A stretch of DNA of 63,349 nt, filler included, from Thraustochytrium aureum (taxonomy: Eukaryota): NCBI GenBank assembly GCA_012862495.1. It is 7 parts of 3 records of this genome, joined end to end, with 100 filler letters (N's around TTAATTAATTAA, not from the genome) between each part and the next. Parts side by side here need not be neighbours in the genome. Positions count along the whole stretch, not along the records: positions 1 to 16,086 come from BLSG01000254.1; positions 16,187 to 20,393 come from BLSG01000254.1; positions 20,494 to 29,653 come from BLSG01000254.1; 4 more parts are not named here. One strand, written 5' to 3'. This document shows positions 9,545 to 21,207 of the stretch, one piece after another. Below the pieces are notes generated by a model. That model had not been told where the DNA came from. It made no database searches and saw only the letters and a list, made by a program, of their open reading frames with translations. Positions within the stretch are counted from its first letter, which is position 1. Every line of letters starts with the position of its first letter. The translations under genes were made by a program, and so were the position numbers.

Positions 9545-11050
9545 AGGTGCTGGGAGCTGGGACTTGCGGAGAATGGAGGCCCGGGGAGCTGCTCGGGAGG
9601 CTGAGCGACTTTGTGGAAAGGGCGAAACGGAAGGACAACGCGGACGACGAAGAGCTGCCCCTCGTGGGCAGCGAGTGGTCGAGCGACTCTGGCGGGGGCG
9701 ACGAGGACGAAGACGCGCTGTTCTTGAAGACAGCGGCTCAGCTGCGGCGGATCTGTCAGCGGCAGCGACTTGCCACGGATGGCACTAAGCAGGTGCTTTT
9801 GGACAGACTGAGCGCCGCAGCCGCCAAAGGAAAAGACACGCAAGCAACAGAAGTGCCGCAGCGCACCCCGCCGCGCAGCACGGTGCGGCGCCGAAACTCG
9901 TTCATCGTGGACCGGCGAAACCAGTCCTCGATCGGACTCCCACCCGTGGCGCCCCGCAGCCCTCCGCCGCGGCCAAGAAGCAACACCAGCGCGAGCGGTG
10001 CGTCGAGCCCGGACCGAGAAAACCAGTCCCCAGTGACATGGGTGCGCAAGGGGCTGGCCTCAGCCTCGATCGAACCGCGCGAGCCTCGGGCTCCGCAAGT
10101 CGCTAGCGCCGATGAGGCCGGCCTCGCTTCCAGCCTCAGCCCCCCTCAACGACATTTCAAACCTCAGCCCGCTGCCGCCGTCCACGCAACGCCTCGATTC
10201 CGACGGGCAGCGCGCACAGCGAGAGCGCAAGCGTAAGCCCGAAAGCCACGCGCCCACTGCCGCCAACTCGCAGTGGGCGATCCGCGACCAGCTACTCGAG
10301 CAGTTCGCTGTGCCAAACCGCAACGACCTGGAGGCCGGCTCTTTCTTGGCCTGGACATCGAGCGGCCCCACCGACTCTGCACTCCTCGCAGCCGGCCCTC
10401 CCGAGGGCGCGGCCGTCGAGGGCACCTTTACATCGCGCTCTGCGGCAAACCTGTCAGCTGTGCGAGCGTTTTTCCGAGCTTTCGAGGGCTCGCGCGTGGC
10501 CCCGCTTTTCTCGGTCGACGTCTCGAACGAGACTGGCCTCGTCACTTTGCGTGCGCGCCACGGCCCCGCGGCGCGGTGGTCTGCTGGTGCGTGCATTGGC
10601 CACGAGACGGGCGCCTCGGGTCGACGGCGCTTCGCCCCCTCTCCGCCGCCTCGACCTAGCTCGGCGGCCTCTTCGCCGAGCCCAAGGCCAGTCCGCGTCA
10701 GCTCTCCGTCGATCCGCGAGGAAGGCCGGCGCCGAGTGGCGCGCCTTGAGTTGCTGGAGCAACACTGTGCAGTGTCGCGCGACGGGGATGTGCGTGGCGG
10801 GCCGTTCCTGGTGTGGACGCAAACCGGTCTCGCAGAGCATAGATCTGTGCTAGATCAAGTCTTCTTTTCCAAGTCCGCTGCCAACAGGCACGCGATTGGC
10901 GCCTTTCTGGAGCAACCTGTTGAGTGGGGCGACCGTCCTTTGGTCGACACTGCCTCGGACGGGATGCTGTCTCTCGTTCTGGGCGGGCGCGGCCCGCGTC
11001 TGGGCGTCGGCGTGCTGCGGCGCGCCGAGGTCCAGGCGCAACGCCCCTAA
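9545..11050 (+). CDS. SAP-domain protein with two copies of an unrecognised ~90-aa domain (5' end in gap; apparent frameshift in the C-run near 10140)
   Basis: SAP motif KTAAQLRRICQRQRLATDGTKQVLLDRL, followed by a Ser/Pro/Arg-rich linker. The 10112-11050 frame holds two alignable repeats. Confidence 0.6.
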
Positions 11051-11278
11051 ACGCCGCGAGCCGAGCCCGAGCGAGGTGCTGTGGGCTCCCGTCGCTTTGG
11101 AGCCTGCCTGCTGGGGGGGGGGCGCACCTGACGTCTCGGCAAGGCAGGCAATGCAAAAGTTCAGGCTGCTGCACACGCAACGAGCTAGGCGGCGCGGAAC
11201 GGCAGCGAAAGGACCTCTATCTGTCGGTAGCCACATCGAACAAACGCCAAACTTTCAAATAGTGCTAATGAACTTTTG

Positions 11279-12823
11279 TCACATGCAGGAGACGAGCAGT
11301 GCCCCCACGATCGTGATCTGGGAAACCATGCCCGCTAGCGCGCAAATCACGAAAACGACTGGCGAGAGCGACGGCGACAGCCTCACCCGCCTGACTGGGA
11401 CGTTCCAACGATCCCACAATCTGAATCTGATTGTGTCAGCGAAAAGCTCAATCACCAGAACACTCGCTGCTTTCGCAAGAATCACCCCTTGCGCTTTATG
11501 GTCAACGATAACGCATCCAAGGGCGCTGGCGACCAAGATCGCCGTCTTTTCGCCCAAATTCGCGTGCGCAATATGGATGGCGAGCAGTTTGCGATATTCG
11601 ATTGGCACGATTGGCAGGTTCTGGAGTATCGGAACAGCCTGAGCTCCACACTTTGGAGAGATATGCGCATTTTGCGCTCCAGACTTGCTGCATTCCCGAT
11701 CAAGCTGGACACCACCTGTGGACGTGCCTTGTCCAGGCTCGCCGCTCGAGGCTTGGGTGTTCTCGTACTCGCACTGGACCTCTCCACCCTTTTCGTCAAC
11801 ACCGTTCCGCAAAACCAGGTTTGCGCTAAAGCCTTTACTCTCCAGGACTTGCACCAACGTGATTGACCGCAAGTGTACCACGGTGAAGATCACCTCGAGC
11901 GTGACTGAGGCCAGGAGCGACAGGACAAAGGTGTGGATCTGATCAACCCTCAACAAGACAAACATGGCTGGAACCCGTGAGTGCATCGCCATCACGAAAT
12001 GGATTGTCCCGAAAAGCAGATGCGCGTCGTGCTTGACAAGCCGAAACCACTTCACAGTCCAGGTTGTCAGGCCCCGGCGCAAGAGCCACTGAGTGAAAGG
12101 GAGAGCGAATCCGATAACGAACACCTCGACAGCTGCGCTATCCATGCGGTCGGCATACAGGACGTACACGAATCCTAATAGCACGGTAGAACAGGTCAAT
12201 GCAACCATTGTCATCGAACGTGCGAGCGTCCTGCGCCTAACCCTGCATCGTCGAACGATGGCGAGGCTAAGAGCGCTTGAGACCATCCCGACAACAAAGA
12301 TGAGGGAAAACCAGCCCGCGTTGACAACGCCGCCAAGCCAGGCTATGTCGCAGGCATACAAGCCGAACCAGAGAACAATTTGGATGAGAATCCCCAGAAT
12401 CGCGAATGCCATGGTGTCTCGACGGAAGGCGACGCTGATTGGCAGATTTGCGATGCCTCCAAAGACCGAGAGCAGGACCGCCCCGATCCACACGCTCGCG
12501 TTGCTCGTGCGACCCACTTCGCTGCATGTCCATGCGCGGGAGAAATTGGTAAAGCTTGCAATCGCTCCAACGCCGGTGCGGCCTCCACGCAAGGGGAGTG
12601 GCAGCATTCTCTCTTCCAATAGCACGCCAATCCAAATCGCGACTCCAGCTGCAAGGTTTGCGGCTGCGCAGATCGCCACGGCCAGCGAGAGAATGCGTGC
12701 ATGCTCTCGGGCGACAGAGCATGCAGAATTGGTCGACTTTGCATCTCCCCTCGTGACCAGGCTCTTCGATCTCAAACGCGGACAACTCTCTGGTACCACG
12801 TGCGCCGAGCCTTTTGCTGCCAT
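11279..12823 (-). CDS. Uncharacterised multi-pass membrane protein, paralog A (514 aa)
   Basis: Long ORF with about 10 or more hydrophobic helices. It is clearly similar to the adjacent gene at both termini. Confidence 0.75.
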   Translation of the reverse strand: MAAKGSAHVVPESCPRLRSKSLVTRGDAKSTNSACSVAREHARILSLAVAICAAANLAAGVAIWIGVLLEERMLPLPLRGGRTGVGAIASFTNFSRAWTCSEVGRTSNASVWIGAVLLSVFGGIANLPISVAFRRDTMAFAILGILIQIVLWFGLYACDIAWLGGVVNAGWFSLIFVVGMVSSALSLAIVRRCRVRRRTLARSMTMVALTCSTVLLGFVYVLYADRMDSAAVEVFVIGFALPFTQWLLRRGLTTWTVKWFRLVKHDAHLLFGTIHFVMAMHSRVPAMFVLLRVDQIHTFVLSLLASVTLEVIFTVVHLRSITLVQVLESKGFSANLVLRNGVDEKGGEVQCEYENTQASSGEPGQGTSTGGVQLDRECSKSGAQNAHISPKCGAQAVPILQNLPIVPIEYRKLLAIHIAHANLGEKTAILVASALGCVIVDHKAQGVILAKAASVLVIELFADTIRFRLWDRWNVPVRRVRLSPSLSPVVFVICALAGMVSQITIVGALLVSCM

Positions 12824-13251
12824 CGAAACTCGTCGCGGCGCAGCGAGCGCGTTGCTCGCCCCTCGATTCGCTTCTGCATGACCAAACCCAGATCACTTCG
12901 TGTACTCAAAATCGCCTGTTCCCACCGCTCTCGAAAGACTCCTGCACGGCAGCTCAACGACGTGCACTGCGATCGGCGCCTCGGCATTTTGCTGGCTGTC
13001 CCTTCTGCGAAGGGTGCCTCAACGGATAGCAGATGACTCGATGTTTTTGTCGGTTGCTCCGCACCTCTACAGCACCACAACATGCAGGCACTTGCTTGCC
13101 GCTTTCTGCCGAGTCAGATCCCAACGTCTTTGGTGTCGGCCCGACTGTTGAGCGTTGTCGTGGCGTTCGGGAGCTGGCTCGCAGGACGGACTGGTCGCCG
13201 GCGATTCCATGCCGTTCCTCTTCGGGCTCCAACGACCCGAAAGTGCAGCTC

Positions 13252-15208
13252 TCACAAGCAGGAAATCACGAGTGCGGCCAAGAGCACGACCTGCGCTGCC
13301 ATGCCCGTCAATGCGCATATCACGAAGACTAGCGGCGAATTCGCTGGAGCCAAAAGCACCTGCTCGACAGGTACGTGCCAGCGAACGCACAACCGTCGCC
13401 TGACAGCATCAGCGAAAGTTTCAAGCAGCAAGGTTGCCAGAATCCGCAGGGGAATCGCGTCTCTCGCTGCTCGCTCAACGCTCAAATATGCGAACGTGCC
13501 GGCCAGCAGAATCGCCACCTTTTCGCCCAGGCTGTCGTGCACGATCCGGATGGCGAGCACCTCGCGATGGCCGATCGGCAGAAAGTCGCCTTCGCCCTTC
13601 TCGTGCCTCGAAAGAGTATCACTGGCCACGGGGGCGGGTCGAGCTCGGCGAGCGCCGCACTTGGATCAGGTTTGCAGCTTTTCTTGACCAAAACATCTTG
13701 GCTGGAGACCACCTTGCCGTCGCCAGTTNNNNNNNNNNNNNNNNNNNNNNNNNNNNNNNNNNNNNNNNNNNNNNNNNNNNNNNNNNNNNNNNNNNNNNNN
13801 NNNNNNNNNNNNNNNNNNNNNNNNNNNNNNNNNNNNNNNNNNNNNNNNNNNNNNNNNNNNNNNNNNNNNNNNNNNNNNNNNNNNNNNNNNNNNNNNNNNN
13901 NNNNNNNNNNNNNNNNNNNNNNNNNNNNNNNNNNNNNNNNNNNNNNNNNNNNNNNNNNNNNNNNNNNNNNNNNNNNNNNNNNNNNNNNNNNNNNNNNNNN
14001 NNNNNNNNNNNNNNNNNNNNNNNNNNNNNNNNNNNNNNNNNNNNNNNNNNNNNNNNNNNNNNNNNNNNNNNNNNNNNNNNNNNNNNNNNNNNNNNNNNNN
14101 NNNNNNNNNNNNNNNNNNNNNNNNNNNNNNNNNNNNNNNNNNNNNNNNNNNNNNNNNNNNNNNNNNNNNNNNNNNNNNNNNNNNNNNNNNNNNNNNNNNN
14201 NNNNNNNNNNNNNNNNNNNNNNNNNNNNNNNNNNNNNNNNNNNNNNNNNNNNNNNNNNNNNNNNNNNNNNNNNNNNNNNNNNNNNNNNNNNNNNNNNNNN
14301 NNNNNNNNNNNNNNNNNNNNNNNNNNNNNNNNNNNNNNNNNNNNNNNNNNNNNNNNNNNNNNNNNNNNNNNNNNNNNNNNNNNNNNNNNNNNNNNNNNNN
14401 NNNNNNNNNNNNNNNNNNNNNNNNNNNNNNNNNNNNNNNNNNNNNNNNNNNNNNNNNNNNNNNNNNNNNNNNNNNNNNNNNNNNNNNNNNNNNNNNNNNN
14501 NNNNNNNNNNNNNNNNNNNNNNNNNNNNNNNNNNNNNNNNNNNNNNNNNNNNNNNNNNNNNNNNNNNNNNNNNNNNNNNNNNNNNNNNNNNNNNNNNNNN
14601 NNNNNNNNNNNNNNNNNNNNNNNNNNNNNNNNNNNNNNNNNNNNNNNNNNNNNNNNNNNNNNNNNNNNNNCCGCAGGGTGTTGCGAGAATCGCGCCTGGG
14701 ACCGCCACCTGACGAAACTCGACGGTGATCGGAAGGTTTGCAAGACCTCCACAGAAAAACAGCATCACCACCCCGCCCAAACGCCTGCGTTGTTGGCACG
14801 TCGAGCATCGCGCTTGCTGCAGAACTTGGTGCCCGAAGAGTCGGCAATGCGGGAGACCGTACCTGCTCGGGCAACAGTATGGTCCCCAAAAAACGCGAAC
14901 GCGAGAGCGCCCTCCTCCATCAGCACGCCAAGCCAAACTACAAACACTGCTGTCGGCAGCGCGGCCGCCCACAGCGCAATTGCAAGCAGCAGCTTGCTTC
15001 CCAGTGCGTGAGCTTTAGGGAGCTTGGGGCCTACTAGTTCTTGCGCCTTGGGCGCGATCAAACGAAGCGAAGCAGGGCGCGAGCTAGCGGGTAGAACGCG
15101 CGCCGAACTCGGCAACAACGTCCCGCTCGTCGAGCTGCCTGCGCCGTGGCGCTGGTCGCTTGAGGTCTCAAGTTCTCTGAGTTGGCAGACCGAGTCAATC
15201 CCGCACAA
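13252..15208 (-). CDS. Uncharacterised multi-pass membrane protein, paralog B (middle in N gap; frameshift near 14770; start uncertain)
   Basis: C-terminus LAIRIVHDSLGEKVAILLAG..FADAVRRRLCVRWHVPV..PLVFVICALTGM matches paralog A LAIHIAHANLGEKTAILVAS..FADTIRFRLWDRWNVPV..PVVFVICALAGM. N-terminal WLGVLMEE..GGLANLPITVEFR matches WIGVLLEE..GGIANLPISVAFR. Confidence 0.7.
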
Positions 15209-15540
15209 CGGATCTACCGGATCCTATCTTCTGTTTTATCCACGCCAGGCCAACGAATCTGGTCGTCCTCGTGCGCGAAGAACGGTTTTCCTCGCCTCGA
15301 CAATGCCAGCTTGTGCGATGGAGACGCAGAGCGGTCTCGTCCTGGCGTTCCGTTCCATGCCCGGAGCAAACTGTGTGAAAAGGAGGAGAAGATAAAATGG
15401 TTTTTGAGAGCCCTGGCGCCAAGCAGAGTAGGGAAGAAGCTCGAAGCCCCCCCCCTAATCTCTACTAGCTCTACTAGCTCCAGCAAGTGGAGAGCGAGCG
15501 AGCGAGCGAGCGAGAGAGAGAGAGATCCCGGGTGGAGGAT

Positions 15541-16086
15541 CTATCGGCCGAGGATGGGCATGGAGGTGCCCCACTTCTTCTGGTCCTGCGTGTTGCTCCA
15601 GTTGGTGGTGACCGACTTGATCTGCGTGTAGAATTGGACCGCTGACTTGCCGTTAAAGTTGATGTCGCCGCGGATCGAAGCGCGCGAGCCGGTGAACGCG
15701 AACGGGCTGACCGGGACCGGGATCGGCACGTTGATGCCAACCTGACCCACATCGATCTCGTGCTGGAACTTGCGCGCCGCGGCACCGGACTGCGTGAAGA
15801 TGGCGCAGCCGTTGCCCCAGGGTTGCTGTTGGTCAACTCGATCGCCTCTGCGAGCGTGTCGCGCTTGACGATGCACAGGACGGGGCCGAAGACCTCCTCC
15901 TTGTACGCGGTGTGGTGGGGCTCGATATCCGAGAGCACGGTGGGGCCCACAAAGTTGCCATTCGGGTAGCCGTTGACTTGAATGCCGCGGCCATCGAGCA
16001 GGATTGAGGCGCCCTCGTCCTTCGCAGACTGAATGAGGCGTTCGATACGCTGCTTGGCCGCCTGGTCAATCACAGGGCCCACATCG
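15541..16086 (-). CDS. ALDH6A1: Methylmalonate-semialdehyde dehydrogenase (CoA-acylating), C-terminal fragment; frameshift near 15820
   Basis: [94 protein letters not shown], typical of the MMSDH C-terminus. Confidence 0.92.
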
Positions 16087-16130
16087 NNNNNNNNNNNNNN
16101 NNNNNNNNNNNNNNNNNNNNNNNNNNNNNN

Positions 16131-16142
16131 TTAATTAATTAA
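16131..16142. other. Artificial contig-joining linker TTAATTAATTAA in N padding (also at 20438-20449, 29698-29709, 36812-36823, 48008-48019, 61970-61981)
   Basis: The same 12-mer, with stops in all six frames, flanked by 44 N on each side, occurs six times and cuts genes abruptly. Confidence 0.97.
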
Positions 16143-16332
16143 NNNNNNNNNNNNNNNNNNNNNNNNNNNNNNNNNNNNNNNNNNNNGACCCAGCGGGCAT
16201 TGACATTCCGCCCGTCATCCGGAATCCCGCCATGAAGCCAATCCAAACACGATCTGAGCGAAACAAACGCGGAGCAACAGAGCGAACAGGCAACCGACCA
16301 ACTCACCGCTGCTCCCAAGCACAGCTGCTGCC

Positions 16333-16642
16333 GCTCGCTCGCTCGCTCGCTCGCTCGCTCGCTGCGCTCGCTGCTGCGCTGCCGTCCTCCGATGCGGCTC
16401 TGCTGGACGAGCACAACACAACTCGAACCTCGTATCTCACGTGGCTACACTATACTCATTTCCGGGCATATATTTATGCTCATCTCGTGGATATATTTAT
16501 GGACAGATGTCCGTTATTACTCCGATAGAACGGGGAAAGGTGGGTGCTGCTAGTACATGGTACCATGGACGCCCCCCCGGTTGCGATACAAAAGCACGCG
16601 TGAGAGTTCATGCGGATGGCGCAGCATCCAGGATGGACGCCG

Positions 16643-16674
<32 letters not shown>

Positions 16675-16714
16675 TGAGTGGCTGGCTGATTGGCTGGCTG
16701 ATTGGCTGGCTGGC
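16333..16714. repeat. Tetranucleotide microsatellite cluster: (GCTC)n, (CGTG)n, (TGGC/TGAT)n
   Basis: Read directly at ~16333-16365, ~16641-16675 and ~16677-16714. Confidence 0.85.
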
Positions 16715-16796
16715 TTTTGTTGAGGACGGTTGGAATGTGGGGGTGGGATTTTGAGGTTGATGGAATTTTGTCACGGTTTGGTGAGCCCCGTGGCAT

Positions 16797-19700
16797 CTAT
16801 CTTCCCTTTGCAGTTGATTGTTGCGTTGTGGGCTGCAGGCCGCGTTGTTCGCGGCTGGGCGGCCCGACGCGCCCGCTGGTTTGGCTGGAAATGCGGCCAC
16901 GATGTCGTTGAGGTTTTGGTGTGGCTAGCGGAGTACTGGACGCCAAGCACATCCACATCCAGTGCACTTTTGCGTGTTGGATCACCGAGCACGCCTGGGC
17001 GCGCAACCTGCTACTCGATTGGCGGACAGAGCTGCAGCGGCCAGGCTCGAGCTCCAAGTCCGCAGCAGCAACAAAGCGCGGCTCGTTCCCGTGGTCGAGT
17101 TCTAGCGCCTCCGCCAGGAGGTCGGCCGCCTCGACGTTTCGCTGCTGCAAGCGACGCGTGGCGCCAAGGGCGAGCAACACACGCGCGAGATCTTGCTCTG
17201 ACCCAGAGCTCCTCGCCCTGGCCTCCGCGCTCTCCAAGAGGCGGCTGGCCTCGACTAGGTGTCCAAGCAAACGCAAAGTCTCACCNNNNNNNNNNNNNNN
17301 NNNNNNNNNNNNNNNNNNNNNNNNNNNNNNNNNNNNNNNNNNNNNNNNNNNNNNNNNNNNNNNNNNNNNNNNNNNNNNNNNNNNNNNNNNNNNNNNNNNN
17401 NNNNNNNNNNNNNNNNNNNNNNNNNNNNNNNNNNNNNNNNNNNNNNNNNNNNNNNNNNNNNNNNNNNNNNNNNNNNNNNNNNNNNNNNNNNNNNNNNNNN
17501 NNNNNNNNNNNNNNNNNNNNNNNNNNNNNNNNNNNNNNNNNNNNNNNNNNNNNNNNNNNNNNNNNNNNNNNNNNNNNNNNNNNNNNNNNNNNNNNNNNNN
17601 NNNNNNNNNNNNNNNNNNNNNNNNNNNNNNNNNNNNNNNNNNNNNNNNNNNNNNNNNNNNNNNNNNNNNNNNNNNNNNNNNNNNNNNNNNNNNNNNNNNN
17701 NNNNNNNNNNNNNNNGAACGCTGTTCGCGTCGCGGAGCACGCAGCCCAGAACTGCAGCGCCCCGAACTCGGGCCTCGCTTCCAGCCGCGAGCTGCGCGGC
17801 TACCTGGGCAAGACTCACGGCGGCCGCAGAGTCGCCCCAGCCCAGGAAGCACTGAGCCGCAACACGCTGCACAGGCGCCACAAGCGCCACCGCGATATCG
17901 ACGCTGGGCCTGGCGTCAAGCAGCAAATCGTTGGCCCTCGCACATTCGCCAATCCCTGCCAGTGCCTCCGCGAGCTCGAGGCGAAACCCGCACGCGTGGT
18001 CTCCGCCAGCAGCCGCAGCGCGGCGCAGCGCCCTTTCAGCTTGAGCCCAGTCTCGCTGTTTTTGAAACAACCTGCCAAGCTCAACCAACGCGATGGCGTA
18101 GTCTTGACGGGCCGTGGGGGAGTCTGCCCCGCCGCCAAACGCTTCCGTTGCAGCCTCGAGGTGCTCCCTAGCCTGGCCGAGCCGGCCGAGCTCGCGCAGC
18201 GCTACGCCGAGGTTGAGCCTGGTGACGGCTAGCCGATGCAATGTCTCGGCCTCGACATCTGCGGCCTCCTCGGCGCCCGCTATGACGGCCTCCTGTGCTC
18301 CCAGCGAGTCTGCAAAGTGGATTGCAGCTTGATGGTGCTCGCCAAGCTTGGCAAAGGCCTTGCCGATCTCAAGCATGGTCGTCGCGACGGCCTGGTTGGC
18401 TTGCCCGCCGCGCAGACCTTCTTCGACAACGAGAAGCTCGCTCCACATCGCGATGGCGGCACGCACGTCGCCGGCGGCTGAGAAGGTCAGCGCGGCCTCC
18501 ATAGCGCAGGCTAGCCACGTCGGCGTCGACCGCGCCTCGGACTCGCTCGAGGGCCCTTGCGGCGGCCTCGAAGACCGCCACGGCTTCATCGAATCTGCTT
18601 TGGTTGCGCAGCTCTACGCCGAGCTCGTCGAGGCGAATCAGCGCACTGTCGAACTTGCAGCCAAAGCTCGCCGCGGCGCTCAGCTCTTCGAGGCGGCCAC
18701 GCGCCGAATCGCCGCGCCCATCGGCAAAAAGCGCGGCCGCAAGGTCAGCTAGAACGGCAAGAGCAAGGTTTGTGCAAGCCGCTTGTCGCGGCAGCGCATG
18801 CAGCACCTCGAGGGCCTCAACGAGCGTCTCTGCCGCCGCGGCCGGGTCGCCGGTCGCGAGGAGCTCGGCCCCTATTGAAGCCAACGTGTGCGCCACGTCA
18901 AGGTGGGCGCGGCCACCCCTCGACCGCTCTTCCAGGCGCAGAACTTGCCGAAAGTGGATGAGCGCCTCTGCGTGCTCGCCGCAATATCGCGCAACCTCTG
19001 CCAAGCCTGCTAAAGCGGCCATGGTGTTGGAGACGCCCTGGCAGCCCTCGCCGTCCGCGCCGTCCGCGGCGCGCGCGTTGAGCGCCACTTCGAACGAGGC
19101 CCGTGCGGCCTCCGCGTCGCCAGCGTCCAGCAGCGCCCGACCCACCTCGATCATGGTCGCCGCACCGGCCGCAGTACCGTGCGCGAGCTCTAGGTCAATT
19201 GCGCGCACTCGGCTGAGGTGCTCGAGCGCCCCTGCATGGTCGCCTTGCGCGCGCAAGACCCTTGCCATCTCATGCATGGCAGAGGCGAGGTTTGGGCTGC
19301 AGTCCCCCTCCACCCTGCGCACGAGATTGAGCGCCTCGTGCATGTGCTCGACTGCCTCGGGGCCTCGGTCAAGGTCGTGCAGGACACGCCCCAGTTCGGA
19401 GAGCGAGAAGCTAAGGTGCAAGGGCGCCGTGGTTTCCATGCCGAGCTCCCTGGCGAGCGCCACGCTCTCGAACAGCAGCCCGAGCGCCGCGTCGGGCATT
19501 CCAAGCGTTTGAAAGAAAGCTCCAGCCGCGTCAAGCACGGTCTTCAGTGTATGTTGAGAGCGTCCGCGGCCTCGAGCAAGAGCCACTGTTTCGTGCGCGA
19601 ACCGCACAAGCCACTCGCTCACCAGGCCAGAGATACGGACGTTAAGAGCGTGGTACCCGATCTCGGCCTCAACCGCGGCGTCGATCTCCAGCTTGTCTTT

Positions 19701-20393
19701 GGCGCTCTGGCACTTTGCATCTTCGAGGGAAAAGTTGGCCATGCGGTCGACGATGTCTTTGGCGTCCCTGGCCAACAGGCCCGACGAGGCGAAGGCCTCG
19801 CGCTCTCCAGGTTTGAACAGAAGTTGGATGGGCTTGCCCGACTTGACGGCGCCAAAGATCTCCCACACGCACCAGGCGCGTTGGAGGGGGTACGGGTCGG
19901 CCCACGAGTTGAAGAAGAGGAGGCGCTCGTCGAACAGCTGGATGGCTTGATGCAGGCCACGCTTCAGCAAGGTCTCTCGCTGCCGCTCCACCGAGCTGTC
20001 GGTTTGGTCCGCCTGCTTGGAAAGCAGCGGTTGGTTTGCAGAGAAAAGGTCTATCCAGACATACAGGGCGCCCTCGCCGCCCTCGCGCTGCCGATAGTGC
20101 AGCACGAGGGCGTCCACGAGGTCGCCAAACTTGCTCTTCCTCGCCTGGCTCACGAATGCGCCTTGAAAGCGCTCCCCGACCTCGCTTGGGTCAACAAGGT
20201 CGAGGTAGAAGGCCTTGTCTGCTCTGACTTGCGGCAGCACGACGTGCTCGCAGACGTCCTCGACGGTCCAGTCTCGGTGCCGTTTCGGCGCCAGGGCCGC
20301 GGCTGGAACAAACACGGTACCGAGGAACGCGTGCGCGCATTCGCAAGTGTCGTCGAGGCTGGACCGGGTCAGGCACTCGTACAGTCTGCCCTT
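16797..20393 (-). CDS. HET/TIR-like N-terminal domain + long TPR array protein (5' end at contig edge; frameshift near 18515; internal gap; 3' end approximate)
   Basis: N-domain motifs AFVSQA..FGDLVDAL..YVWIDLFSANQ..PLQRAWCVWEIF. Many kinesin-light-chain-type TPRs follow (e.g. LASAMHEMARVLRAQGDHAGALEHLSRVRAI, VATTMLEIGKAFAKLGEHHQAAIHFADSL). Confidence 0.8.
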
Positions 20394-20524
20394 NNNNNNN
20401 NNNNNNNNNNNNNNNNNNNNNNNNNNNNNNNNNNNNNTTAATTAATTAANNNNNNNNNNNNNNNNNNNNNNNNNNNNNNNNNNNNNNNNNNNNATGCCGA
20501 GGAGGACGCTGACGGACGGCGCAG

Positions 20525-21207
20525 AGCCGGTACGCGGTGAGTGGCGGTTCGAGCGCGGCGGAGGCGTATAGAGCGGCAAAAGGCGGCCTCGCGTCCCCGC
20601 GAAGGAAGCCTCAGCGCAAGGGCCGCCAGGCGCTGGACGAAGAGCAGCTTGAAGAGCTCAAGGAGGCCTTTAACCTGTTTGATACGGACGGGAGCGGTAC
20701 GTTGTCAGTGGTGGGGGCGGAGCGGGACGGCGTCCGCCACGGCTAACCGAACGCGCGGTGCCCGGGCTTGTCCTCTGCGCAGGGACAATCGACGTCAGGG
20801 AGCTGAAAGCTGCGATGCGAGCTCTCGGGTTCACTGTAAAAAAAGCGGAGATTCGCGAGATGCTCGAGGACGCAGGTCACAAGCTTGAGGAGACCGGCGG
20901 CGCGGTGGATTTTGCCGAGTTTTGCGAGATGATGACGGACAAAATGAACTCGCGCGACACGCGGGAGGAGATCCTCAAGGTATTTGCTCTTTTCGACGAG
21001 GAGGGCACAGGTAAGATCACCTTTCGCAACTTGAAGCGGGTAAGCCAGGAGCTCGGGGAGGACCTCACCGACGAGGAGCTGCAAGAGATGATCGACGAGG
21101 CCGACCGGACAGGCGAGGGCGCCATCAACCAGGAGGACTTTTACCGCGTGATGAAGAAGCGTGGCAACGACCCTCTCGACGACCTCAGCAGTGACGAGGA
21201 CGACTGA
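20525..21207 (+). CDS. CETN: Centrin-like EF-hand protein; exons 20525-20696 and 20783-21207, start codon probably on an upstream exon outside the contig
   Basis: [102 protein letters not shown] intron at 20697-20782 with branch site GCTAAC. A second acceptor GCTGAC..GCAG ends at 20524. Confidence 0.9.

Noticed and set aside
7318..14670. Long ORFs in the track made mostly of X
   Set aside because: Artefacts of translating through N gaps.
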